DNA of 55,314 nt from a virus (taxonomy: Duplodnaviria > Caudoviricetes), in IMG/VR virus record IMGVR_UViG_3300049009_000899, positions 1 through 55,314 of that record, one strand, 5' to 3'. A program made the position numbers and the translations under genes. Positions 1 through 8,728 of this stretch are shown here, one piece after another (positions within the stretch are counted from its first letter, which is position 1; every line of letters begins with the position of its first letter). The notes below the pieces were generated by a model that ran no database searches, was not told the DNA's origin, and saw only the letters and a list, made by a program, of their open reading frames with translations.

Positions 1-150
1 GGACCTACTGGATCGACCGGACCTACCGCCGGACCTACTGGATCGACCGGACCTACCGCCGGACCTACTGGATCGACCGGACCTACCGCCGGACCTACTG
101 GATCGACCGGACCTACCGCCGGACCTACTGGATCGACCGGACCTACCGCC
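1..150 (+). repeat. Perfect 30-bp tandem repeat, at least 5 copies (ggacctactggatcgaccggacctaccgcc)
   Basis: Directly visible; unit is a multiple of 3 and encodes [10 protein letters not shown]; runs off the window edge. Confidence 0.95.
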
Positions 151-1038
151 GGACCGGCGGGAGATGATGACGACGATGATGACGATGATGAAATAACAAA
201 GAGAGCAAAGGATTTGCAGGTCGATCTGGACAAAGCCAAAAATGACGGAATGCCAGTACCTCTTCATTCATCCCTATCGAAAAGGCTGGAGGAGATATTG
301 AATGGTAAGGTTCTTGGGGTTGGCGATTCGGCGACCCTTGGGTCGGTTGACTACAAGAAAGAACTAGACGATATAGAAAGGATAATATCAAGAACGAATT
401 CCCCCGACACAACGAGCGCGGAAGATGACGAAAGAAAAAGATTAAAGGATGAAGAGGACGAAAGAATAAGAAAACAGAGATTAAAGGATGAAGAGGACGA
501 AAGGAAGGCAGACGATTCTGCCGAGGAAGAAAACAAAAACGTACACACTACTGGGTTTGTCGAAGACTCCGATGGAGAGAAGCTTGGCGGAAACAATGAA
601 TATCCGTACAACATAATCGACAATATAGAATTCGGAAAAGGAAGCCCTAGAATGAGAACGAACGGCAAGGGTTTCGACAAGATATCCGATGAATTTCATG
701 ACAAAATGACACAAGAAGATTTCGACAAGCTGCCAAACCACACGCAAAAGCATTTCTTGGACACAGATAAGGATATAAGGAAAAAGTACAAGGAAATTCA
801 ATCCGAAGTGTCTCTTGACAAGGATTACTTGAGAAGCGATGAAGGCAAGAAAAAAACAGATGAGATAAAAAAACTGCTGGCTCACTACAGGAAACTCGTA
901 AAGAGAATGACCGAGAAATACGAGGATGATGGCGGAACCGATGATTTCTCCGAATGGACAAGTTCCCTGCAATCGATGACATTCGGAGAGAAGATATCAT
1001 ACATCAAGAAAATGATCAGAGGTCAATCATGCCATTGA
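1..1038 (+). CDS. 5'-truncated protein with collagen-like ([10 protein letters not shown])n repeat, poly-Asp tract and charged region
   Basis: Frame of ORF 214..1038 is open back to base 1: ([10 protein letters not shown])x5-GPAG-D9[12 protein letters not shown]; internal RLKDEEDER duplication at about 436-504. Confidence 0.75.
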   Translation, partial: GPTGSTGPTAGPTGSTGPTAGPTGSTGPTAGPTGSTGPTAGPTGSTGPTAGPAGDDDDDDDDDEITKRAKDLQVDLDKAKNDGMPVPLHSSLSKRLEEILNGKVLGVGDSATLGSVDYKKELDDIERIISRTNSPDTTSAEDDERKRLKDEEDERIRKQRLKDEEDERKADDSAEEENKNVHTTGFVEDSDGEKLGGNNEYPYNIIDNIEFGKGSPRMRTNGKGFDKISDEFHDKMTQEDFDKLPNHTQKHFLDTDKDIRKKYKEIQSEVSLDKDYLRSDEGKKKTDEIKKLLAHYRKLVKRMTEKYEDDGGTDDFSEWTSSLQSMTFGEKISYIKKMIRGQSCH

Positions 1039-1232
1039 AAAGCCAGGCTCAATGGAAGGCTTGTTTCGCAAGCAAGGGCTTCGGCGGCAGAGTCGACTGC
1101 GGCGAATGGGCTAAGATATCCAAGGGATACAAAGACCTTCCCAAGAAGATAAAGAAGAAGAAAAATAAAAAGAAATCCAAGGGCATCATTTCCTTCAAGG
1201 AATGGATCGAGAAAAAAGACCAGACAGCCTAG
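1029..1232 (+). CDS. Small basic hypothetical protein ([12 protein letters not shown]...)
   Basis: ATG at 1029 overlaps the end of the upstream gene; Lys-rich; C-terminal ISFKEWIE motif. Confidence 0.65.
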   Translation: MPLKSQAQWKACFASKGFGGRVDCGEWAKISKGYKDLPKKIKKKKNKKKSKGIISFKEWIEKKDQTA

Positions 1233-1843
1233 TTGTCCCTTCCGGTTATCTTCGGGGGAAGCTTGAACGGCGGAAGCTCGTAGAACCTGAAAACCTGCTC
1301 CTGGCTCAGGCTTCCTCCGTTGGACTTCCCGCTGTGCTTTCCGTTTTCCCCACCTTCGTTCGACCCATCACCTCCAGATCCCTTTTCGCCGATGAGGGTC
1401 TTGCCTTTCATCAGCTCCTGCATCGCTTTGGCTGACTTCTCGTGCAAATCCTCAGAGTAAGGAAGCCTGTAAGCCCTCGGCTCGGTTTCGTTCTTCTTGG
1501 ACGAGAACGGTCTGAGCAGGAGGAGGCTCACCTTGCGAATGATTTCGTTGTTTTCGTCTATCTCCGTAGCCCAGAAGAATATGTTGCCTTGGTCACGGGC
1601 GTTGGACTTCGATGGTTCGGAAACCAATATCCAATGAATTATGGACTTTTTAGGCATCGGGCTGTCCGTGCACCAACCGCTCAAGTCGCTCAGCGAATGC
1701 CACATCAGGAAGCTGAAATAAAGGCATATCGATATGAAAGCCAACTTGATGTGCCAAGACCCCTTGGCGTACAGGATGAGCCAAAGACCCATAGAGCAAA
1801 GAACGAGAAACGTGAGTGGTATGCCAACTGCGTTTAGATCCAT
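1229..1843 (-). CDS. Membrane protein (two N-terminal TM helices), last gene of ExbB/ExbD-like operon
   Basis: Hydrophobic segments IPLTFLVLCSMGLWLILY and LAFISICLYFSFLMW; 6 bp downstream of the ExbD-like gene. Confidence 0.75.
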   Translation of the reverse strand: MDLNAVGIPLTFLVLCSMGLWLILYAKGSWHIKLAFISICLYFSFLMWHSLSDLSGWCTDSPMPKKSIIHWILVSEPSKSNARDQGNIFFWATEIDENNEIIRKVSLLLLRPFSSKKNETEPRAYRLPYSEDLHEKSAKAMQELMKGKTLIGEKGSGGDGSNEGGENGKHSGKSNGGSLSQEQVFRFYELPPFKLPPKITGRDN

Positions 1844-1849
1844 GTGACC

Positions 1850-2491
1850 TCAAGGTATTTCTGGTGGTATTACTGGTATGCTGGCTGGCTGACCCTGCTT
1901 TTCCTTCCTTCCAAGGAGTTTCTTCTCTATCTGAGATACTCCGGATATGTCGCCTTTGGAGTTGACCTTGAACCTGAAGCATGTCTTCTCGTCACCGTTC
2001 TTGAGCAGCGTGACCTTCCTCTGCACCACGACGGAATAGTTGGGGCTGATCTTCTCGAGCTGGACTACGACCTCCGTCGGCTTGTCGTGGTTGAAGTTAT
2101 AGGCATGGACATTGACGCAATATTCGCCTTGGACCGTGCCCCTCAACGTGATTATCTCCCTGTTCTCCGAATACGTTATTTTCCCGAATTTGGTCTCGAC
2201 CGTGTCGTTCTTGTGTCCAAGGTCGTCCCTGTCCAGATGCATGAGACCATCTTCCCTCCTTCCGAAGAAGACAATGTTTCCCTCGGGATCCTCGACATAG
2301 GCGTCGACGTCATTGTCCAGATCTTTCGACCACGTGAACGTTATGAGGTACGCAGCCTTCACGTCCGGTGTTTTCTTGTTCTGGTTCATTAGGGCGAAAG
2401 CCAGCACGAAAAGGCAGGCGAAAGCCAAAAGCATGTTGAAAAGGAGGTCGAGGAAAGAGGTGTTGCAGCTGTAGTTTTTTCTTATTCTCAT
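1850..2491 (-). CDS. ExbD/TolR/MotB-like single-TM protein with beta-rich extracytoplasmic domain
   Basis: N-terminal SFLDLLFNMLLAFACLFVLAF carries the intramembrane Asp typical of ExbD/TolR/MotB; TFTWSKDLDNDVDAYVEDPEG resembles YfaP/DUF2135-type domains; 4-bp overlap with the ExbB-like gene. Confidence 0.7.
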   Translation of the reverse strand: MRIRKNYSCNTSFLDLLFNMLLAFACLFVLAFALMNQNKKTPDVKAAYLITFTWSKDLDNDVDAYVEDPEGNIVFFGRREDGLMHLDRDDLGHKNDTVETKFGKITYSENREIITLRGTVQGEYCVNVHAYNFNHDKPTEVVVQLEKISPNYSVVVQRKVTLLKNGDEKTCFRFKVNSKGDISGVSQIEKKLLGRKEKQGQPASIPVIPPEIP

Positions 2492-3006
2492 TGATCTCGT
2501 TCTTGTTTGTCGTTTTCTATCGAGTCGAGCTTAAGCGACACGATGAAGAACTGGAGCTTCAGCGCGCTCCCGCATACAAGACCCACTATGGTCGTGTACA
2601 AAGCCGTAGCCATGCTTGATCCTAGCTGCGACAAGAGAGCTTGCACGGTCTGGATGTTCTGTATGTCGAGGGTGTTGAATCCGTTCAGCATCATTATGAA
2701 CCCAACTATAGTTCCTATCATACCTAGGGTGAGACAAAGTTCGCTGACAAACCAGCCGACCTCGGTTTTCCCGACGAGCTCGTTCATCTTCTTCTGGTTG
2801 GACGATTTTGTGTTTTTGCACATCTCGTAGCTTATCCCGCCACAGTAGATGCTGCAAACCATGAATATGGCATAGGTGGCATAGCTGATGAAGCTGCTGT
2901 CCTTTACCCATATCTCTTTTGCGAATCCGGTGTAGTAGGTGAAGAGAGACATGACGCATATCACGGTGAATATCAACCACCACTGCAAGAAAAGTAGGTA
3001 TTTCAT
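2488..3006 (-). CDS. MotA/TolQ/ExbB proton-channel family protein
   Basis: LTLGMIGTIVGFIMML...MATALYTTIVGLVCG matches the LGxxGTxxG...ALxTTxxGL channel signature; 4 hydrophobic segments. Confidence 0.85.
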   Translation of the reverse strand: MKYLLFLQWWLIFTVICVMSLFTYYTGFAKEIWVKDSSFISYATYAIFMVCSIYCGGISYEMCKNTKSSNQKKMNELVGKTEVGWFVSELCLTLGMIGTIVGFIMMLNGFNTLDIQNIQTVQALLSQLGSSMATALYTTIVGLVCGSALKLQFFIVSLKLDSIENDKQERDQ

Positions 3007-3380
3007 GATTTTCCTTTGCTGTCAGCCAATGCCGAAAGTTCATCAATATTTATGAGTGTTTCGTCATTTGTTTTAGCTTTTTCCTGATCGATTTTCTTGT
3101 TTTTCATCTGTTCGATGATCGACTTGTGCTCCGGCTTGTCGTCGTACAGGACCTGCTCCTCGATTATGCCTGCCACCATGCCCATCATGTAGTAGTTCTT
3201 GCAGCCCGTTATTGTGTGGGTCATCAATACGCCGTCCTCGTCGATCTCGTCTATCGATCCGGTGAAGAAGTCGGCGAACTGGCTTTCTGTGAAATCGTTC
3301 CTCGAAAGCTGCGTCATGATGACGGTGCAGATCTTGCCCACGAACCGTTCCTGCATCTTTTTTATGGTTGATTGTTTCAT
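3003..3380 (-). CDS. Hypothetical protein, possibly Sm/LSm-like beta fold
   Basis: Start/stop overlap with the ExbB-like gene; pattern FVGKICTV...FTGSIDEIDEDGVLM...VAGI loosely resembles Sm folds (inference). Confidence 0.6.
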   Translation of the reverse strand: MKQSTIKKMQERFVGKICTVIMTQLSRNDFTESQFADFFTGSIDEIDEDGVLMTHTITGCKNYYMMGMVAGIIEEQVLYDDKPEHKSIIEQMKNKKIDQEKAKTNDETLINIDELSALADSKGKS

Positions 3381-3400
3381 GAACTAAAATAGTTACCCCA

Positions 3401-3413
3401 GGCATAAATAAGG
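3401..3413 (+). promoter_or_regulatory. Candidate T4-type late promoter (CATAAATA)
   Basis: ggcataaataagg just upstream of GGAGG RBS and gene 3427; identical 13-mer on the minus strand at 13953-13965; resembles T4 late consensus TATAAATA. Confidence 0.55.
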
Positions 3414-3426
3414 TTGGAGGCGATGA

Positions 3427-3753
3427 ATGGCAGTCTACAAACCAACGAACATAAGCAAAAAATCACTGTTAGCCCTGTTGTATTCCGAAATAGACCAGAA
3501 GAACGTAAGGGTCGCGTCCACCGGCGAGATAATCAGCAACCCAAAAGTCCAAAACGACCTCCTGAAGGGAATCAAGAACGGCACTTACGAATACGTAGAG
3601 CTTATGTTCCCAAAAAGCGCGCTCGAGAGAACAGACAACTGGGATATAGACGGTATCGACCTAGACCAAAAGACAGCGCTCGTGACCATTTCCACGCCAT
3701 CGACAAAAATCCACATTTCCTGCGAACTCAACATCATCGACAAAAAGGAATAG
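3427..3753 (+). CDS. Hypothetical protein
   Basis: GGAGG RBS upstream; 108-aa ORF filling the gap. Confidence 0.65.
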   Translation: MAVYKPTNISKKSLLALLYSEIDQKNVRVASTGEIISNPKVQNDLLKGIKNGTYEYVELMFPKSALERTDNWDIDGIDLDQKTALVTISTPSTKIHISCELNIIDKKE

Positions 3754-3754
3754 C

Positions 3755-4804
3755 CTACAAATAACCTATCGCGTCGCCAGCCATTCCATTCGGAGCCTGA
3801 AAATCGACCGGCTTCTTCCTGGTCTGTATCCACCTGTTTACGACAGCCGGTCCAGCGTCGACATACATCTCGTTCCAGTCGTTGAATTGCTCTGGAGGTC
3901 TGACGAACACGAGCTTGTCGTTGGCGTCAAGACGCTTGCTGAGCGATAGCATGTTGAGCATTTTCATCGTGCCCTGCGTCCCAGCCTTGTCCCTGTCCAG
4001 ACAAACCACGACCCTGTAGTCCGACAAGGATATGGCTTGTTTCTCGCTCATGTTCTTGCCGCCGCAGGCTGCAGCCCGGAGATCAGATAGATGCAGGCTC
4101 TTGGCGTTGAACTCACCCTCGCACAAGTGAAGCACGCTTCCACGGCTCGGCCACCCGGAAGCCATGTAGATGACATCTTCCTTCCCGACGCCGCACTCCT
4201 TCGGCGGTCCGAGATACCTTAGCCTAGCCTTAGGGTTCATGTGGCGGGAATTCCAATATATAACCTCTCCGTCCCTGCCGTAGTAAGGTATCACTATCCT
4301 TGACTTGTAGGGCGCCTCCATGCAGACGTAATACCCGTCTATGGGTATCTTCCTGTTCAGGAGGTAATCCTCCGACTTCCTGCGATACCAGTTGTTGGTT
4401 CCAAGTTCGGATATGAGAACGCATCCTGACGGGAGCGGTATTTTCGAAGCCACCGGAACATGTTCGATCTGGTCGGTCTCTTCTTGCTTGTTCAGAAATT
4501 CGTCTAGCCTTTTTTCCAGTTGTGAGATAGTATCGTATCCGAGAAGAGTCGACATCGCGTCGTCTTTGGAGCATTTGTCAACAAGGCAAACCAGACCAAG
4601 CAAGCTTCCCTTCTTGTCGGTCTTGAAGCAATGGTATACGCCGAAATCCCTCCCTTTCTTGCCACCGGAAGGGGAACACCAGAGGTGATGGTTGTCATCG
4701 CTACCTGCGAAAATGCTGTTCAGACGGATTTCATCACCCTTTATGATGACGTCATCGAATCTGGACTCAGCCCATTCCCTGAATTTTTCGAAATTTATCG
4801 TCAT
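3755..4804 (-). CDS. DNA primase (Toprim domain)
   Basis: YLLNRKI, RIVIPYY, RYLGP, LCEGEFNA, CLDRDKAG, FNDWNE are DnaG/gp61-like motifs; start moved to MTINFEKF (4804) to avoid overlap with the divergent gene. Confidence 0.85.
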   Translation of the reverse strand: MTINFEKFREWAESRFDDVIIKGDEIRLNSIFAGSDDNHHLWCSPSGGKKGRDFGVYHCFKTDKKGSLLGLVCLVDKCSKDDAMSTLLGYDTISQLEKRLDEFLNKQEETDQIEHVPVASKIPLPSGCVLISELGTNNWYRRKSEDYLLNRKIPIDGYYVCMEAPYKSRIVIPYYGRDGEVIYWNSRHMNPKARLRYLGPPKECGVGKEDVIYMASGWPSRGSVLHLCEGEFNAKSLHLSDLRAAACGGKNMSEKQAISLSDYRVVVCLDRDKAGTQGTMKMLNMLSLSKRLDANDKLVFVRPPEQFNDWNEMYVDAGPAVVNRWIQTRKKPVDFQAPNGMAGDAIGYL

Positions 4805-4845
4805 GACGAATCTCACACGCTTAAAATTAAGCCAAGGACAAAAAA

Positions 4846-5631
4846 ATGAACATTGAACACATATCGGTTTCGAGGAAACAGTGCTTTGATTCTTGCCAGG
4901 CGCAATACAAGTACCGCTACCATTTAAAGATTTTATCACAAGAGCCAACCGCTGACCACTTCACTTACGGAAAAATGGTCCACAAGGTTGCCGAGCATTA
5001 CGTCATGGAGAAAGGGAAGAGGAACATCGAGGACATAGCTTCTGACCTGATCAACGGGAAGATAATGCTTGAGGGGAACAGTACTTGCCCCCCATTGCCA
5101 CCCGCCTACAAGAACAAGTTCCCGGCTCACCTGAAAAACCTCAAGACGATAACTGACAGGATAGGTTACGATGGACACCTCGAGTGGGAATTCAACCATG
5201 ACTTGGATATGCCCAACGGCAAGATGATCAAGGGATTCATAGACCGCCTCATAATCCGAGGCGAAAAGTTCTACATCCTCGACTACAAGACGACAAAAAA
5301 AGGAATATGGAGAAAGAACAAGGGGAACATAGGAAAGGATCTCCAGCTCCGTTGCTACGGGAGGATCGTGCAGAAGCACTTCGGGGCAAAGCCAGAAAAC
5401 ATCAAGGCTGCTCTTTTCTATCTGGAGGGAGCCGAACTGGTGGCGACCGGATTCACCCAGGAATCGCTCGACTCGGCGCAAGCTGAGCTGACCGAGACCT
5501 ATGACAGGATAAAAACGGCAAATCCAGATTTGGTCATGGGTACGACCGGCACCCATTGCAGGTTCTGCGACTACAGGAAAACTTGTCCGTTCTACAAATC
5601 CAAGTTCGACATGAACCTTGACTACCTTTAA
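4846..5631 (+). CDS. PD-(D/E)XK nuclease, Cas4/RecB/AddB-like, with probable Fe-S cysteines
   Basis: IKGFIDRL, ILDYKT, QLRCY motifs; N-terminal Cys (SCQAQY) plus C-terminal CRFCDYRKTC. Confidence 0.88.
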   Translation: MNIEHISVSRKQCFDSCQAQYKYRYHLKILSQEPTADHFTYGKMVHKVAEHYVMEKGKRNIEDIASDLINGKIMLEGNSTCPPLPPAYKNKFPAHLKNLKTITDRIGYDGHLEWEFNHDLDMPNGKMIKGFIDRLIIRGEKFYILDYKTTKKGIWRKNKGNIGKDLQLRCYGRIVQKHFGAKPENIKAALFYLEGAELVATGFTQESLDSAQAELTETYDRIKTANPDLVMGTTGTHCRFCDYRKTCPFYKSKFDMNLDYL

Positions 5632-6506
5632 TTGGGAAGCAAGATGTAGTCCTCGTCATATGTCTTCTGCCTTTCGCTTTTGTCGACGATCTTTATCTTT
5701 TTGGCTAGGACGCCATTGGGCTTTATGTTCAAGAGAAAACCATACCCGTTGTTGCTCCACACTTCATGTATTGACTCTATGGGCGTGAAGTATCCCTCGC
5801 CAACACCCTTGTATATGGATGTAGCCCAGCACGTGGCTACATACATGTTGTCGTTCATCAAACCGCCGCCAGACCTTCCCGGTCTAGGGCTGTTCCTTAT
5901 GGTCGTCAGGCTTTCTCCGATAATGCCGACCACCTCGACCTCGTAGTGAGCCACCTCGTCGCCTCCATCGCAGCCAAGGCTGTGCAATATGTTTCCCTTT
6001 ATGTACTTGTAATTCTTCGGGGCTATGGGGAAGTAATCCGGCACCCAGTCCGGCTGGAAGGTCACAAGGCTTGTGTCGTGACCAGAAACATTGCTGTAGA
6101 AAATGACCTTGGCATTATAGGTTTTCGGTTCCGCGAGCTTCTCGCTGTTGTGGTACCACGTTATTATCTTGCACGTCATTTGCCTCTTGAGGCATTCCGA
6201 GGCGCTCATGGTTCCCTCCCACAGGTGTCCGCAGGAAGCCACGTAAGCCATGTTTTTAACGCGGTCGTAATACACTATGGTTCCCGATCCCGAGCCATCA
6301 GAAACGGCTATCTTGACAGATGGAGCTAGCCACCTCCTGAACTCCGCCCCGCGCTGCTCGACGGGGGCTGCCCCGTAGAAGCCTGTTTTCGGCTTGACCA
6401 ACGGCATTCTGTCGATTATTTTTGGATCTATATCCTGAGCATGGACGAAATTCGTCGCGAATAAACCGAAGAAAAATAAGGCTATGCTAAATGACAATTT
6501 ATTCAT
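5628..6506 (-). CDS. Secreted trypsin-like (S1) serine protease
   Basis: Signal peptide (ends VHA-QD); GSGTIV, ASCGHLW (His), HDTSLV (Asp), PGRSGGGL (Ser). Confidence 0.82.
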   Translation of the reverse strand: MNKLSFSIALFFFGLFATNFVHAQDIDPKIIDRMPLVKPKTGFYGAAPVEQRGAEFRRWLAPSVKIAVSDGSGSGTIVYYDRVKNMAYVASCGHLWEGTMSASECLKRQMTCKIITWYHNSEKLAEPKTYNAKVIFYSNVSGHDTSLVTFQPDWVPDYFPIAPKNYKYIKGNILHSLGCDGGDEVAHYEVEVVGIIGESLTTIRNSPRPGRSGGGLMNDNMYVATCWATSIYKGVGEGYFTPIESIHEVWSNNGYGFLLNIKPNGVLAKKIKIVDKSERQKTYDEDYILLPN

Positions 6507-6551
6507 GACATCGTTCCTCTATTAGTTCGTTACAACTATATAGGCTAAAAT

Positions 6552-6962
6552 ATGCTAACTCTCAATGTGTCTCACCATATCTTTTTGACCAAAGAACAAA
6601 GGTATGAAATCGGCTTGAACAGGAACGAGGTCGAGGTAGTCGGCGTCTCCGTTCCAATATGGCTTCATGCCGGCAGGACAAACGAGCCGGGCAAGGAGGT
6701 GTTCTGCAAATACAGGATAAAGATAACGAGGGAAGCCATATCCGTGCAAATCCACGAGGAAGGATATATCATAAACCTGCCGGAATACCTGCAGGACGTG
6801 GAGGATTCGGTAGGTCTGATGCTACTGGACAGCGAGGATGGAGGAAGGGAGTCAGTCAGCTACAAGGAAATGAGCGTCATGAACGAAAACGGAGACAAGT
6901 ACACGATGGTCAATGTCGTGGAGATATCCGACTACAACAACCTGATTGACTCCATATTCTAG
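6552..6962 (+). CDS. Hypothetical protein
   Basis: 136-aa ORF filling a divergent/convergent slot. Confidence 0.6.
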   Translation: MLTLNVSHHIFLTKEQRYEIGLNRNEVEVVGVSVPIWLHAGRTNEPGKEVFCKYRIKITREAISVQIHEEGYIINLPEYLQDVEDSVGLMLLDSEDGGRESVSYKEMSVMNENGDKYTMVNVVEISDYNNLIDSIF

Positions 6963-7474
6963 GGGCAGTCGCGCAACGAAAGTGTCATTCTCAAGTTAAG
7001 GACGTCGCCCGGGCTCAAAGTCGCCGGAGCCGACAAAGCAACGCTGGACACCAAGAACCCGGAATCATCGCTCTCGGTAGTCAGGAAAAGGTTGCGCACC
7101 GGACCGTACGAACCAGTCGCGTTGAAGGAAACTATGTTCGAAACAGCCTTGTGGAGACCAGCCCCGGTCGATATGGACCATCCCCCGCCAACGGAAGACG
7201 ACTTGAGCGTCTGCCTTGAGTATCCGCTAGCCACAGGCTCGTCGACGATGTCGATCATGGCGTCCGAATAGGACACCGAAACCCTTGAGTCGAGACCGAG
7301 GTAATAGTATTCCGGGGGGAATGTCCCGTCGTTGTGGAACAAGGACTGCAATATGAAATTTTCCCCTTCCGAATGAAGTATGTTGTACAAGCCTCCGTCG
7401 CTCCAGATGATTTCGCCGCCACGCACGTGGCTGATTTCGGTGATCTTCATTATCCCATTCCATTTTTCGCGCAT
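6959..7474 (-). CDS. Putative virion structural (tail/baseplate-associated) protein
   Basis: Beta-rich; YYLGL...SGYSRQ...VSFNAT...LSPGDVL pattern resembles small phage tail proteins. Confidence 0.55.
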   Translation of the reverse strand: MREKWNGIMKITEISHVRGGEIIWSDGGLYNILHSEGENFILQSLFHNDGTFPPEYYYLGLDSRVSVSYSDAMIDIVDEPVASGYSRQTLKSSSVGGGWSISTGAGLHKAVSNIVSFNATGSYGPVRNLFLTTESDDSGFLVSSVALSAPATLSPGDVLNLRMTLSLRDCP

Positions 7475-7485
7475 CTGCCCCCCTG

Positions 7486-7821
7486 CTAGTCTATAAGTGT
7501 CTGTGGTTCAAGGTTTTCTTCCTGACTGTTTGGTCGAGACATCTTCTTGATTTTCTCGCTCTCCATCTCTATGAGCTTGTCTATGCTCGCCACCGCCCTC
7601 GCCGCGTCCTTTGGATGCATCAGGTTTCCGTTGCTCAGCACCCAATTGTTGTCATGCCCCTCATGTGGCTTCGCTTTCTTCAGTTCCCTTTGCTCCTTCT
7701 CCTCGATTTTCGAAAGGGCTATCTTCAAATAGAAATTGAGCTCGGACATGTCATGCTTGCCGGAAGTCTCTGACAAAGCCAACTGTATGCAGCCTTTAAC
7801 CTTTTTAAAGTCCAGCTTCAT
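7486..7821 (-). CDS. Hypothetical protein
   Basis: 111-aa ORF in run downstream of terminase. Confidence 0.6.
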   Translation of the reverse strand: MKLDFKKVKGCIQLALSETSGKHDMSELNFYLKIALSKIEEKEQRELKKAKPHEGHDNNWVLSNGNLMHPKDAARAVASIDKLIEMESEKIKKMSRPNSQEENLEPQTLID

Positions 7822-8728
7822 CGTCTTCGACCTCCATCTTTATCTGTCTTAAGTCCTGGGTGTGCTCTTTGATCCTGTAGTTCCCGTTGCGGACAAGAAC
7901 CTGGTTTTCCCTGACCTTTATCGACCACACGTCGAATCCGGGCTCGCTTTCGGGCTTGCTCGCGGTCAACTCGTAATCAAATCTGGTGAAGTTCTGTTTC
8001 ATGTAAGTCTTTCTGACCATTTCCGAAACGACATCCCTATTCCTCGAGTTCTCCCTGAAATAGAGGGTTATCCACCTTCCGCCCCCGAAAGAAAGGCACT
8101 CGTGGATCATCGCGTGGTCGCTGTTAGCCGCCTGATCCGAGGTCTTCTTCTCGAACGTGAACGAAGTGCCATTTTCCGAAAAACCGCACCTTATCTCGTT
8201 CTCGTTTATTCTGACGAAAGCCTCGCTCTTCCCGAACATGCCGACAACCAGCTTTGATCCCATGTATGAATCCAACTTGATGTTTCCTTTTATGATCGAC
8301 TTTACCTGCTCGACCATGTCTCTGGCTTCTGACATTTTCATTTCGACCACATTGTTGATGTCGACCATGGAGACATCCTCGTTGATGAAGTACATGGACC
8401 TGAGGTTCGTTATGACATCCTCGAGCCTGTTTTTGTTCGGGACTTTACGCCTTGAAGACCAGGCGATGAATTTCCTGTACTCCCCGGAGAAATTGTCGTT
8501 TTCCGGAGAATTCAGGTGTATGACGAGCCTGTTGGCGTTCGGGTACCCGATGGACTCGAGGTCCTCGAGTATCTTCCTGCTGTCCAACGACGCCCAGTAA
8601 AGTTCTCGCCTGTTTTTCTTGTCCATCAATCCGTCACGCAAATTCGATTCGTAATCGGAAAGATCGACCTTTATGTCGACATCCTTTGCCTTTCTATCGA
8701 TGTATTCCGCCAATGACATTTTCACCAT
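7805..8728 (-). CDS. Hypothetical protein
   Basis: 307-aa ORF overlapping the terminase stop. Confidence 0.7.
   Translation of the reverse strand: MVKMSLAEYIDRKAKDVDIKVDLSDYESNLRDGLMDKKNRRELYWASLDSRKILEDLESIGYPNANRLVIHLNSPENDNFSGEYRKFIAWSSRRKVPNKNRLEDVITNLRSMYFINEDVSMVDINNVVEMKMSEARDMVEQVKSIIKGNIKLDSYMGSKLVVGMFGKSEAFVRINENEIRCGFSENGTSFTFEKKTSDQAANSDHAMIHECLSFGGGRWITLYFRENSRNRDVVSEMVRKTYMKQNFTRFDYELTASKPESEPGFDVWSIKVRENQVLVRNGNYRIKEHTQDLRQIKMEVEDDEAGL

Noticed and set aside
1-150. 30-bp repeats as a CRISPR array
   Set aside because: Units are directly adjacent with no spacers and translate in frame as a protein repeat
1850-3006. Zorya defence system or flagellar stator
   Set aside because: The B subunit lacks an OmpA-like peptidoglycan-binding domain, the A subunit lacks the long ZorA tail, and no zorC/D/E or flagellar genes are present
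4846-5631. Cas4-like gene as evidence of a CRISPR-Cas system
   Set aside because: No cas1/cas2, effector genes or array; stand-alone Cas4/RecB-like nucleases are common in phages
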